In this document: positions 39,551-48,946 of the stretch, piece after piece
Layout of the letters: each line of letters opens with the position of its first letter
Numbering within the stretch: position 1 is the stretch's first letter
DNA from: Patescibacteria group bacterium
GTDB lineage: Bacteria; Patescibacteriota; Patescibacteriia; UBA1558; UBA10009
Direction of reading: 5' to 3'
Assembly: GCA_041662565.1 (NCBI GenBank)
Contig: JBAZSE010000002.1
Location: 155,244 to 219,243, forward strand
Length of the DNA: 64,000 nt
Program-made: the position numbers and the translations under genes
The notes under the pieces: model-generated
The model's input: only the letters and a program-made list of their open reading frames with translations
Databases searched by the model: none
Told to the model about the DNA's origin: nothing

Positions 39551-42500
39551 ATGTCTTTAAAAATGCCAGAACGCAAGTATTTTGTGTCTTCCAAGGTCGC
39601 CCTGCCCTTACCCGACCTAATTGAAGTGCAAAAAAGGTCTTACCAATGGTTCTTTGAGCATGGCTTAAAAGAACTGTTTGAAGAAATTTCGCCGATCAAA
39701 GATTTTATCGGCCGAAATTTAGAACTCTATTTTGAAGATTTTTATCTGGACGAACCCAAATTCCACGAAAGGGTAGCCAGAGCCAAAAACATCACTTACG
39801 AAGCGCCGCTTCGCGTTAAATCCCGTTTGGTTAACGAAAGAACAGGCGAAGTTAAAGAACAAGAAATTTATCTGGGTGATTTTCCCCTCATGACCAACAG
39901 GGGTACTTTTGTGATTAACGGCGTAGAAAGAGTTGTGGTTTCGCAGTTAATCCGCAGTGCCGGCGTATTTTTTACCTCCGACAATTTAAGAGGCAAACGC
40001 ATTTACGGCGCAAAAATCATTCCTAACCGCGGGGCCTGGCTGGAACTGGAAACCGATGCCAACCATGTTATCTATGTTAAAATTGACCGCAAAAGAAAAG
40101 TCGCTGTAACTGCTTTACTGCGCGCTTTTGGCGTTGGCACCGATGAAAAAATCAGGGAACTATTTGCCGATGCCGAAACTTTGCCCGATGTTAACTATAT
40201 TGAAAGCACACTGGCTAAGGATTCTTCCAAAACTGAAAATGAAGGCTTAATTGAGGTCTACAAAAGAATCAGGCCGGGTGATTTAGCCACTCCGGATAAC
40301 GCCAAATCGTTAATCCACGCCATGTTCTTTAATTTTGATCGCTATGACTTTGGCGTAGTTGGCCGCTACAAATTAAATAAAAAATTCAATTTAAACTTAC
40401 CGATTAATAAAGAAACCAGAATTTTAAGAATGGATGATTTGGTGAAAATTATTAAAGAAATCATCCGCTTAAATATCACCCAAGATCAACCCGATGATAT
40501 CGATCACTTGGGCAACAGACGCATTAGAGCCATTGGCGAATTGGTGCAGAACAAATGCCGCATCGGCTTGGCTAGAATGGAACGCATTATTAAAGATAGG
40601 ATGAGCACTCTGGATATTAATTCCGTTACCCCTAACCAATTGATTAATGCCCGTCCGGTTATCGGCTCCATTAAAGAATTTTTCATGAGCTCGCAATTAT
40701 CCCAGTTTATGGACCAAACAAATCCTTTGGCCGAGCTGGAACACAAGCGCCGCGTTTCGGCCATGGGCCCTGGCGGACTTTCGCGCGAGCGCGCGGGTTT
40801 TGAAGTTAGAGACGTGCATCGCACCCACTACGGCCGTATTTGTCCGATTGCTACTCCCGAAGGCCCGAACATCGGCTTGGTTGGCCACTTGGCTTCTTAC
40901 GCCAGAGTTAACGATTATGGTTTTATAGAAACCCCTTATAGAGTGGTTTTGCATGATATTGCCAATGATCCTAAAATTTCCACTGGCAAAATCGCCCGCC
41001 AAAATATTATTGATCCCGAAACCCAAAAGGTTTTAGCTAAAGAAGGCGAAACCATAACCGAAAGCAAAGCTAAAGAGCTTCACTCCCATAAAAATATTTT
41101 AAAACTTCCCATTAAGCCCGTGGTGACCAATGAAATTGTTTATTTGGATGCTTTTACCGAAGAAAGATTCAACACCGCGGCCGCCACTACACCGATTGAC
41201 GAAAAAACCAATTACTTTATCAAAGATTACGCCGAAATGAGAGTCCACGGCAAACCATCGTTTGCCCATGTTTCTACTATTGATTATTTGGATGTGGCGC
41301 CTAATCAAATTGTTTCCATTGCCACGGCCATGATTCCTTTCTTGGAACATGATGACGCCGTTCGTGCTTTGATGGGTACCAACATGCAACGTCAGGCAGT
41401 ATCTTTAGTTAAACCCGAGGCGCCAATTATCGGCACCGGTATTGAATTTAGAGCAGCCAAAGATTCGGGCCAAGTAATTGTAGCCGAAGAAGATGGTGTA
41501 GTTAGTTTGGTTCAAAGCAACAAAATCGTGGTGACAGATAAAGAAGGTGTTGATCATGAATACGTTTTGGGCAAATTTATGCGCTCCAACGCCTCTACCT
41601 GTATGAACCATCACCCGTTGGTTTCCAAGGGCGAAAAAATCCAAAAAGGCGATGTTATGGCTGATGGCGCCGCTACCGACCAAGGCGAACTGGCTTTAGG
41701 CCAAAACGTTTTAGTGGCTTTTATGTCTTGGGAAGGCGGCAACTACGAAGACGCCATTTTGATTTCCGAAAAAATCGTCCAGCGCGATTGCTTAAGCTCT
41801 ATCCATATTGAAGATTATTCCATTGATATCAGGGATACCAAGCTCGGGCCCGAAGTGGTTACCCAGGATATTCCTAATGTTAGTGAAGAAAAATTAAAGG
41901 ACTTGGACGAAGAAGGCGTTATTCATATCGGCGCCCAAGTTAAGGCCGGCGATATCTTGGTTGGTAAAATTACTCCTAAAGGTGAAACCGAACTATCGGC
42001 CGAAGAAAAATTATTGCGTGCCATTTTTGGTGAAAAAGCCAAAGACGTGCGCGATAGTTCGTTGTATTTAGAGCACGGCGAACACGGTAAAGTTATTGAT
42101 ATTAAAATTTTCTCCCGCAAAGCCGGCGATAAACTTCCGGCCGGAGTTATCAAGAGCATCCAAGTTACCATTGCCCAGTTAAGAAAAGTCCAACCCGGTG
42201 ATAAGCTAGCCGGCCGGCACGGCAATAAGGGTGTTATTTCCCGCATTGTACCGGTTCAGGATATGCCTTTCTTAGAAGACGGTACGCCGGTGGATATTAT
42301 TTTAAATCCTTTGGGCGTTATTTCTCGTATGAACTTAGGCCAGCTGTTAGAAACCCACTTGGGTATGGCGGCTAAAACCTTAAATTACAAAGTTGCTTCC
42401 CCTGCCTTAAACGGTGTGCCGATCGAAAACATTCGGGAAGAACTTAAAAATGCCGGTTTGCCTCAAGACGGCAAAATCCAGCTTTATCACGGCCGAACCG

Positions 42501-42931
42501 GTGAACCATTCAATAAAAAAACCACCGTCGGCGTGATTTACATGCTTAAGTTAAATCACTTGGTGGAAGATAAAATCCACCAACGTTCCATTGGGCCTTA
42601 CTCGCTGGTTACTCAGCAGCCATTGGGCGGTAAAGCGCAAGGCGGTGGACAAAGATTTGGTGAAATGGAAGTTTGGGCCTTGGAGGCCTATGGCGCCGCT
42701 CATGCTTTGCAGGAAATCTTAACCATCAAATCCGATGATATTCCTGGTAGAAGCAAGGCCTACGAATCAATTATTAAAGGTGAACCGGTTACCAAGCTTA
42801 ATATCCCCGAATCATTCAACGTGCTTGTTAGGGAACTTAAAGGTTTGGCTTTGGAGGTGGAACTATTAAAAGATGATAAACCCATTGCTAAAAATTTGAA
42901 GTCGGAAGAAGTTATAGAAGAAAAAGAATAA
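39551..42931 (+). CDS. rpoB: RNA polymerase beta subunit
   Basis: GTFVINGVERVVVSQ, SQLSQFMDQTNPL, GDKLAGRHGNKG and GGQRFGEME. Confidence 0.99.
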   Translation: MSLKMPERKYFVSSKVALPLPDLIEVQKRSYQWFFEHGLKELFEEISPIKDFIGRNLELYFEDFYLDEPKFHERVARAKNITYEAPLRVKSRLVNERTGEVKEQEIYLGDFPLMTNRGTFVINGVERVVVSQLIRSAGVFFTSDNLRGKRIYGAKIIPNRGAWLELETDANHVIYVKIDRKRKVAVTALLRAFGVGTDEKIRELFADAETLPDVNYIESTLAKDSSKTENEGLIEVYKRIRPGDLATPDNAKSLIHAMFFNFDRYDFGVVGRYKLNKKFNLNLPINKETRILRMDDLVKIIKEIIRLNITQDQPDDIDHLGNRRIRAIGELVQNKCRIGLARMERIIKDRMSTLDINSVTPNQLINARPVIGSIKEFFMSSQLSQFMDQTNPLAELEHKRRVSAMGPGGLSRERAGFEVRDVHRTHYGRICPIATPEGPNIGLVGHLASYARVNDYGFIETPYRVVLHDIANDPKISTGKIARQNIIDPETQKVLAKEGETITESKAKELHSHKNILKLPIKPVVTNEIVYLDAFTEERFNTAAATTPIDEKTNYFIKDYAEMRVHGKPSFAHVSTIDYLDVAPNQIVSIATAMIPFLEHDDAVRALMGTNMQRQAVSLVKPEAPIIGTGIEFRAAKDSGQVIVAEEDGVVSLVQSNKIVVTDKEGVDHEYVLGKFMRSNASTCMNHHPLVSKGEKIQKGDVMADGAATDQGELALGQNVLVAFMSWEGGNYEDAILISEKIVQRDCLSSIHIEDYSIDIRDTKLGPEVVTQDIPNVSEEKLKDLDEEGVIHIGAQVKAGDILVGKITPKGETELSAEEKLLRAIFGEKAKDVRDSSLYLEHGEHGKVIDIKIFSRKAGDKLPAGVIKSIQVTIAQLRKVQPGDKLAGRHGNKGVISRIVPVQDMPFLEDGTPVDIILNPLGVISRMNLGQLLETHLGMAAKTLNYKVASPALNGVPIENIREELKNAGLPQDGKIQLYHGRTGEPFNKKTTVGVIYMLKLNHLVEDKIHQRSIGPYSLVTQQPLGGKAQGGGQRFGEMEVWALEAYGAAHALQEILTIKSDDIPGRSKAYESIIKGEPVTKLNIPESFNVLVRELKGLALEVELLKDDKPIAKNLKSEEVIEEKE

Positions 42932-42957
42932 CCTATCAATTCTACTTCATCAGACAA

Positions 42958-42972
42958 TCGAGCTGAGCTCGA
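42958..42972. repeat. 15-bp palindrome between rpoB and rpoC
   Basis: CAA-TCGAGCTGAGCTCGA-CAT. Confidence 0.8.
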
Positions 42973-43025
42973 CATCATTTATCATTCAATCGAGTTAACA
43001 CTCAAAATAATTCAAAATTGAACAT

Positions 43026-46000
43026 ATGCCTAATCCATCTTCCAGCAAAACCTCTTTCATGGCCGATAACAATGCTCCGGCCGCCGATTTTAACGGCATC
43101 CGCTTGCATCTGGCTTCAGCCAAAGAAATTTTGGACTGGTCTTACGGCGAGGTTTTAAAGCCCGAGACCATTAATTATCGCACCCAAAAACCGGAAAAAG
43201 ACGGTTTGTTTTGCGAACGCATTTTTGGACCCAGCAAAGATTGGGAATGCTACTGCGGCAAATACAAACGCATCCGCTATAAAGGCATTACTTGTGACAA
43301 ATGTGGCGTAGAAGTTACCCGCTCGGTTGTTAGGCGCGAACGCATGGGTCACATTGCCTTGGCCGCCCCTGTTTCACATATTTGGTTTTTACGGGGCATC
43401 CCATCAAAGATCGGTTTGATTTTGGATTTATCCATTCAAGAATTGGAAAAGGTCATTTACTTCGCTTCTTTTATTATTTTGCATGTTGATGAAGATTTAA
43501 GAGAGCAGACCTTGGAACAGATTAAAGGAGAACTTAAAAGCAAACGCAAGGCCATTGAACGCGAGTTTGAGCTTAAAGTGACTGAACTGAATCAAAAAAA
43601 GCAAAGCTCTTCGTTAACCGAAAATGCTTTTGTTAAAGAACAAAATATTTTAAACGGCTTAAAAGATAGTAAGCTAGAAACCCTAGAACACGCGGCCGAA
43701 GTTGCTAAAAAAGAACTTAAAGATTTAAAACCCTTAAAAATTATTTCCGAAAGCGCTTTTCAGGATCTTTCCTTAAAGTACGGCCATGTGTTTGAAGCCG
43801 GTATCGGCAGCGAAGCCATCCGCAAACTTTTAGTGGGCATTGATTTGGAGGCCGTAGCCAAACGGTTAGATCAAGAAATTACCCAAGTTATTCCTTCCAA
43901 AAAGAAACGCTTAATTAGAAGATCCAAGTTGGTAAAAAATTTATTGGTTAACTCCATCAGACCGGAATCCATGATCTTAACCATGGTGCCGGTTATTCCT
44001 CCGGATCTGCGTCCGATTGTTCAACTTGATGGCGGCCGTTTTGCCACTTCGGATTTAAATGATTTATACCGCCGAGTTATCAACCGCAACAACCGCTTAA
44101 AGCGCTTACAAGAATTAAACGCTCCGGAAGTTATTCAAAGAAACGAAAAAAGAATGTTGCAGGAAGCAGTAGATGCTTTAATTGATAACAGCGCCCGCAG
44201 AGGCAAAACCGTTACGGCTTCCACCGGCCAAAAGCGCATGCTTAAAAGCATTGCCGATATTTTAAAAGGTAAGCAAGGTCGTTTTAGACAAAACTTGTTG
44301 GGCAAGCGTATCGACTACTCCGGACGTTCCGTTATCGTCATCGGACCTAAATTGGAAATGCACCAATGCGGTTTGCCAAAAACCATGGCCTTGGAACTGT
44401 TCCGCCCGTTTGTTATTTCCGAATTGATCAAAGGCGAAATGGTCCACAATGTTAGAAGCGCCAACCGTTATATAGAACAAGATCACGAAGAGGTTTGGGC
44501 CATTTTGGAACAGATTACCCAAAAAGCCCATGTCTTTTTAAACCGTGCCCCAACCTTGCACCGCTTGGGCATTCAGGCCTTCCAACCGATTTTAATTGAA
44601 GGCAAGGCCATTCAAATTCATCCTATGGTGTGTAAGGCCTTTAACGCCGACTTTGATGGTGACCAAATGGCCGTTCATGTGCCGATTACCGAAGAAGCCA
44701 AGCGCGAAGCCGCTGAAATCATGCTTTCCAGCAAAAATTTGCTCAAACCGGCTACCGGCGAACCAGTGGCTTCGCCCGACCAAGATGTTGTTTGGGGTTG
44801 TTACTATTTAACCTTCATTAATCCGGCTCAAGCCAAACCGGTTAAATATTTCTCCAATGCCGAAGAAGCCAAAACCGCCCACAACTTAAACAAGCTTAAA
44901 CTGCATGACCGCATCGGTTTGTATCTTAAAGGCGAAATGGTTGAAACTACCGTTGGACGTTTGATTTTTAATGAAATTATTCCCGATAAATTACAGTTTG
45001 TTAACGAAGAAATGAATTCCCGAACCTTAAAACAATTGGTGGCTCGCGCTTTAGATATTTACGATCGCGAATACACCGCTGTTTTCTTGGATCAATTAAA
45101 AACTATCGGCTACCAAACCATTACCGCTTCCGGCCTTTCCTGGGGCATGAATGATATTCCAACGTTAAAAGAAAAACCGGAAATTATTAAAAAGGGTGAA
45201 AAGCTGGTAGAACAAATCCAAGAACATTATGAAGGCGGTTTGTTAACCAACAAAGAACGCTATGTTAAAGTGGTTGAAGTTTGGAGCGGGGTTAAAGAAG
45301 AAATTACCGAACTTTCCAAAACTTCTTTTGACTCCGGCAGTTCCCTCTTCTCCATTATCAATTCCGGTGCTCGTGGTTCTTGGGCCCAGATGATTCAGAT
45401 TATGGGTATTAAGGGCTTGGTAATTAACCCCTCCGGTGAAATTATTGAACTGCCGATTAAGGCCAACTTCCAAGAGGGCTTGGATGTATTGGAATATTTC
45501 ATCTCCACTCATGGTACTAGAAAGGGTCTTTCGGATACCGCTTTAAGAACTGCCAATGCCGGTTACTTAACCAGACGTTTGGTGGATGTGGCACAGGATT
45601 TAGTAATTATGGAAGAAGATTGCCAGGATACCGAGGGCTTTACTATCTCTCAAGCCGATTCCGAAAAAATGGGCGAAACCATTCCTAACTTAATTTGGGG
45701 CCGCACCACTATGAGGGATATTGTTCATCCCAAAACCAAAAAAGTTATTGTTAAAGAAGGTGAAATCGTTACCAAGGAACATCTTAAAAAACTGGAAGGC
45801 CACGATTTAGCCGAAGTAAAAATCCGTTCCAATATTACCTGTAAGGCCATTAGGGGCTTATGTCAAAAATGCTACGGCTTTGATCTGGGTTATAACAAAC
45901 CGGTAGAACTGGGCACAGCGGCCGGCGTAATTGCCGCTCAATCAATCGGCGAACCAGGCACCCAGTTAACTATGAGAACTTTCCACACCGGCGGTGTTGC

Positions 46001-46916
46001 CGGTGCCGACATTACCCAAGGTTTGCCTAGGGTAGAAGAATTATTTGAAGCCCGACCGCCCAAAAAGAAAGCCATTATTGCTGATGTTCATGGCCAAGTT
46101 ACTATTGATAAAAATATGGCCGGCGGCACCCGTAGCCAAAGAGTTATTCAAATCAAGTACAACGGCGAGGTGGAAGAAAATATTGCCTTAAACGAAGATT
46201 TTGATTTACTGGTTAAAAACGGCGCCTTGGTTAACCCGGGAGATGTTTTGATGAAACACAAAGAAAACGCCAAAAAGGTTATTAAAACCACTCATACCGG
46301 CATTGTGGAACTAGGCAAAGAAACTCTTAAAATCATTTCCAACACCGAATCAATTAAAGAAGAAATTATTCCGGCCGGCTATGCCCTTTGGGTTAAAGAT
46401 GGTGATTTGGTTAATCCTGGTGATGCCTTAACCGAAGGCAGCATGGATTTGCATGAACTGCACCAATTTAAAGGCCAGTTGGAAGTTCAAAAATATATCA
46501 TCAAAGAAATTCTTTATATTTATTCTTCGCAGGGCCAAAAACTTAATGCCAAGCATATTGAAATTATCGTTAGGCAAATGTTCTCACGCTTGATAGTTAA
46601 AGAAGCCGGCGATACTAATTTACTGCCGGGCGAAACCGTAACCCAATCTTTGCTTTCCGAAGAAAACAATAAAGCCAAAAAGTTAAAGGGTAAAGAAGCT
46701 ACAGCTGAAGTGATGCTCTTAGGTCTGATTAAGGCCTCGCTTTCCACTGATTCTTTCCTCTCGGCCGCTTCGTTCCAAGAAACCGCCAGGGTCTTAATTG
46801 ATGCCGCTATTACCGGCAAGATTGACCATTTGCGTGGCTTAAAAGAAAACGTTATTATCGGCCGCCTGATTCCGGCCGGTACCGGTTACAAGCACGTGGC
46901 TACTAAAAAGAAATAA
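43026..46916 (+). CDS. rpoC: RNA polymerase beta' subunit
   Basis: KPETINYRT, Zn ribbon, NADFDGDQM and [13 protein letters not shown]. Confidence 0.99.
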   Translation: MPNPSSSKTSFMADNNAPAADFNGIRLHLASAKEILDWSYGEVLKPETINYRTQKPEKDGLFCERIFGPSKDWECYCGKYKRIRYKGITCDKCGVEVTRSVVRRERMGHIALAAPVSHIWFLRGIPSKIGLILDLSIQELEKVIYFASFIILHVDEDLREQTLEQIKGELKSKRKAIEREFELKVTELNQKKQSSSLTENAFVKEQNILNGLKDSKLETLEHAAEVAKKELKDLKPLKIISESAFQDLSLKYGHVFEAGIGSEAIRKLLVGIDLEAVAKRLDQEITQVIPSKKKRLIRRSKLVKNLLVNSIRPESMILTMVPVIPPDLRPIVQLDGGRFATSDLNDLYRRVINRNNRLKRLQELNAPEVIQRNEKRMLQEAVDALIDNSARRGKTVTASTGQKRMLKSIADILKGKQGRFRQNLLGKRIDYSGRSVIVIGPKLEMHQCGLPKTMALELFRPFVISELIKGEMVHNVRSANRYIEQDHEEVWAILEQITQKAHVFLNRAPTLHRLGIQAFQPILIEGKAIQIHPMVCKAFNADFDGDQMAVHVPITEEAKREAAEIMLSSKNLLKPATGEPVASPDQDVVWGCYYLTFINPAQAKPVKYFSNAEEAKTAHNLNKLKLHDRIGLYLKGEMVETTVGRLIFNEIIPDKLQFVNEEMNSRTLKQLVARALDIYDREYTAVFLDQLKTIGYQTITASGLSWGMNDIPTLKEKPEIIKKGEKLVEQIQEHYEGGLLTNKERYVKVVEVWSGVKEEITELSKTSFDSGSSLFSIINSGARGSWAQMIQIMGIKGLVINPSGEIIELPIKANFQEGLDVLEYFISTHGTRKGLSDTALRTANAGYLTRRLVDVAQDLVIMEEDCQDTEGFTISQADSEKMGETIPNLIWGRTTMRDIVHPKTKKVIVKEGEIVTKEHLKKLEGHDLAEVKIRSNITCKAIRGLCQKCYGFDLGYNKPVELGTAAGVIAAQSIGEPGTQLTMRTFHTGGVAGADITQGLPRVEELFEARPPKKKAIIADVHGQVTIDKNMAGGTRSQRVIQIKYNGEVEENIALNEDFDLLVKNGALVNPGDVLMKHKENAKKVIKTTHTGIVELGKETLKIISNTESIKEEIIPAGYALWVKDGDLVNPGDALTEGSMDLHELHQFKGQLEVQKYIIKEILYIYSSQGQKLNAKHIEIIVRQMFSRLIVKEAGDTNLLPGETVTQSLLSEENNKAKKLKGKEATAEVMLLGLIKASLSTDSFLSAASFQETARVLIDAAITGKIDHLRGLKENVIIGRLIPAGTGYKHVATKKK

Positions 46917-46992
46917 ACTCGTAAAGTAATTTAGAAAAACATCGGGGAGCAGTCCTCGATGTTTTTTGTTTATAATTATTTAACTGTTTTAA

Positions 46993-47733
46993 CTAATTTG
47001 TTCTTATTGTTTCCGCGCCGAGCCAAGATAATTTATAAACTTGTTTCATAGCCTCGGCAATGGCCGGTGATTCAATGATGATCGACATTTTTTCTGCGTA
47101 ATTTAAAAATGCCACATTGTTATTATAAATATTTATTTCAACACCCGGCCAAAATTTATCCTTGGGCACAATTAACGTGTCCGCCAATTCTGACGCGTCT
47201 TTAAAACGATGCTTGCTATCCCACATTGAACCAACGCCGGCAATTCTTTTGGCGCCAATACCGGCAGCCACTCTTTTTTGAATATAATTTTTATCAACCT
47301 CGGGATATTCAAAATAAGCATTGGTATTCCATTCCAAAATTTCCTTGGGCTTTTCCCGCAAAGTATCATCATAAATTTCCTGAATTGATTTTGCGCCCTC
47401 ATAAAACAAAATCTTGGGTTTGTTTTCTTTTTGATTATACAAGGCCTCAAATTCAGGCAAAGATCTTTTTACCCGATCGTTTAAGGTATTGGCTAAAGCC
47501 AAAAGCTTATCTGGCGGTTCAGCTAAAAACCGTGTTTTGCCTTTTTCTTTGGATTTAGCCACCAAACCTTTTTCCGTTAATACTTTTAAAACCGAATAGG
47601 TGGTGGTACGTTGTAAAACGGCCTCTTTAGCGATATTTTGAGCTGAATTTAGTCCTGTTTTAAGGGCTGATAAGTACACCTTGGCTTCGTTTTGACTAAA
47701 TCCTAATTGTTCTAAAAGCTTGTCTAAGGCCAT
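46993..47733 (-). CDS. TrmB-family HTH transcriptional regulator
   Basis: LGFSQNEAKVYL, RTTTYSVL..L..KGLV, FYEG and IIES..IA. Confidence 0.85.
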   Translation of the reverse strand: MALDKLLEQLGFSQNEAKVYLSALKTGLNSAQNIAKEAVLQRTTTYSVLKVLTEKGLVAKSKEKGKTRFLAEPPDKLLALANTLNDRVKRSLPEFEALYNQKENKPKILFYEGAKSIQEIYDDTLREKPKEILEWNTNAYFEYPEVDKNYIQKRVAAGIGAKRIAGVGSMWDSKHRFKDASELADTLIVPKDKFWPGVEINIYNNNVAFLNYAEKMSIIIESPAIAEAMKQVYKLSWLGAETIRTN

Positions 47734-47912
47734 ATTTTTAAAAATTATTTTAATAATGACGAACTATCTTTAGTCATTTTAGCATAGATTTTTAGCTAAG
47801 TCAAAGGATAATTGAATAATTATAAAAAATACTCGTCAATTCTGACGAAAAGTATTGACAATATGCATTCTAGATTGTATTATGAATTGAAAACCATAAT
47901 TCAGGAGAGGTG

Positions 47913-48071
47913 ATGAAAAAAGACATTTACCCGCCAACAGTCCCTGGCGGCGCAGCCCCTGGTTCCCAAAAACCAGAAAAAAACAGTACCTGGGGAGACA
48001 AATTCCCCGGATCAACCCCAAGTGGAATTGCCCCAGGGTCACAGGATCAGCCACTTCCATTAATGAAGTAA
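47913..48071 (+). CDS. 52-aa Pro/Gly-rich peptide with internal repeat
   Basis: TTGACA-17bp-TATTAT at 47855-47883, AGGAGAGG SD, strong terminator at 48081-48134. APGSQ occurs twice. Not in the ORF track. Confidence 0.65.
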   Translation: MKKDIYPPTVPGGAAPGSQKPEKNSTWGDKFPGSTPSGIAPGSQDQPLPLMK

Positions 48072-48172
48072 AGTTGACCTCCCCGCTCCGCTGTTATCTC
48101 AATAGATGACAGTTGGGGCGGGGATCTTTTTTTTAAATTTGACAATATTTTTGGTTATGTTATTATCAAATC

Positions 48173-48270
48173 AAACGAGAGCGGCGACAAATCCCCGTAG
48201 GGAAAGGCCTGATAAATAATCAGATCTAGCCGAAATTCTGACCACCCCTAATTAGGGTGGTTATTTTATT
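48173..48270 (+). ncRNA. Candidate DUF3800-associated structured RNA
   Basis: TTGACA at 48139 with TATTAT at 48161, stems CGGC/GCCG, CCC/GGG and CTGAT/ATCAG, terminator ACCACCC..GGGTGGT + T-rich tail. Confidence 0.5.
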
Positions 48271-48783
48271 TCTCGCCATTTCATACAACTGCTGTGCTTC
48301 TTTTTTTAAAGGTTCTTCGTAATAAGCCCTGATTAAACCAGCAAATAAATCTGCCACTCTCAAACCCGGAAATGACAGATCATTAGCTGTTTTAACTTTT
48401 TTTACTAGCATACCATTCTTGCGAAAAAACTGTTTCAACAACAAATGATAACGTCTGGACTTTTTGCCATCAATTATTATTTGTTTAATTTTTTCGTTAG
48501 CCACAAGATTGATAACAGCTTTATGGAAATCCATTTCAATAAATGGATTACGCAATAACGCGGCTTTGACTAAAAAATCTTCACCAGACAATCTTTCTAG
48601 AAATAATTTTCTAATTTTCCAAATTTGTTTATTCCAATGGAATGCATCAATGCGCAAAAACTTCTCTGTTTCTACAATAGCATTGTTCAATTTATCTAAA
48701 TTTTCTACCTCAATATAAACCAAAGCAACAGCTGATTTACCTGAAGGTTTATGGATTCCTGATTCATCAATGAAAATATACAT
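48226..48783 (-). CDS. DUF3800 family protein (RNase H-like fold)
   Basis: N-terminal YIFIDESG, IIIDG and C-terminal LRVADLFAG. Confidence 0.8.
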   Translation of the reverse strand: MYIFIDESGIHKPSGKSAVALVYIEVENLDKLNNAIVETEKFLRIDAFHWNKQIWKIRKLFLERLSGEDFLVKAALLRNPFIEMDFHKAVINLVANEKIKQIIIDGKKSRRYHLLLKQFFRKNGMLVKKVKTANDLSFPGLRVADLFAGLIRAYYEEPLKKEAQQLYEMARNKITTLIRGGQNFG

Positions 48784-48946
48784 ATTTTAATTTTAAATAA
48801 TAAAAACAGGGCCATGCCTATATAGGCATTTTGACCCTGCTATTTCCTATATCTTAGAAAATTATTGACGACATGTCAAATGACCTCAACCTACTTCCCC
48901 AAACCCGCAAAAAATGCTAAAATAACTACCGTTATACACTTTATTT

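Noticed and set aside
40469-46819. Antisense and alternate-frame ORFs in rpoB and rpoC
   Set aside because: They are shadows of codon bias with no motifs or expression signals.
48205-48240. Hammerhead ribozyme (CTGATAA...CGAAA)
   Set aside because: The core reads CUGAUAA instead of CUGANGA, and the stems do not fit the hammerhead topology.
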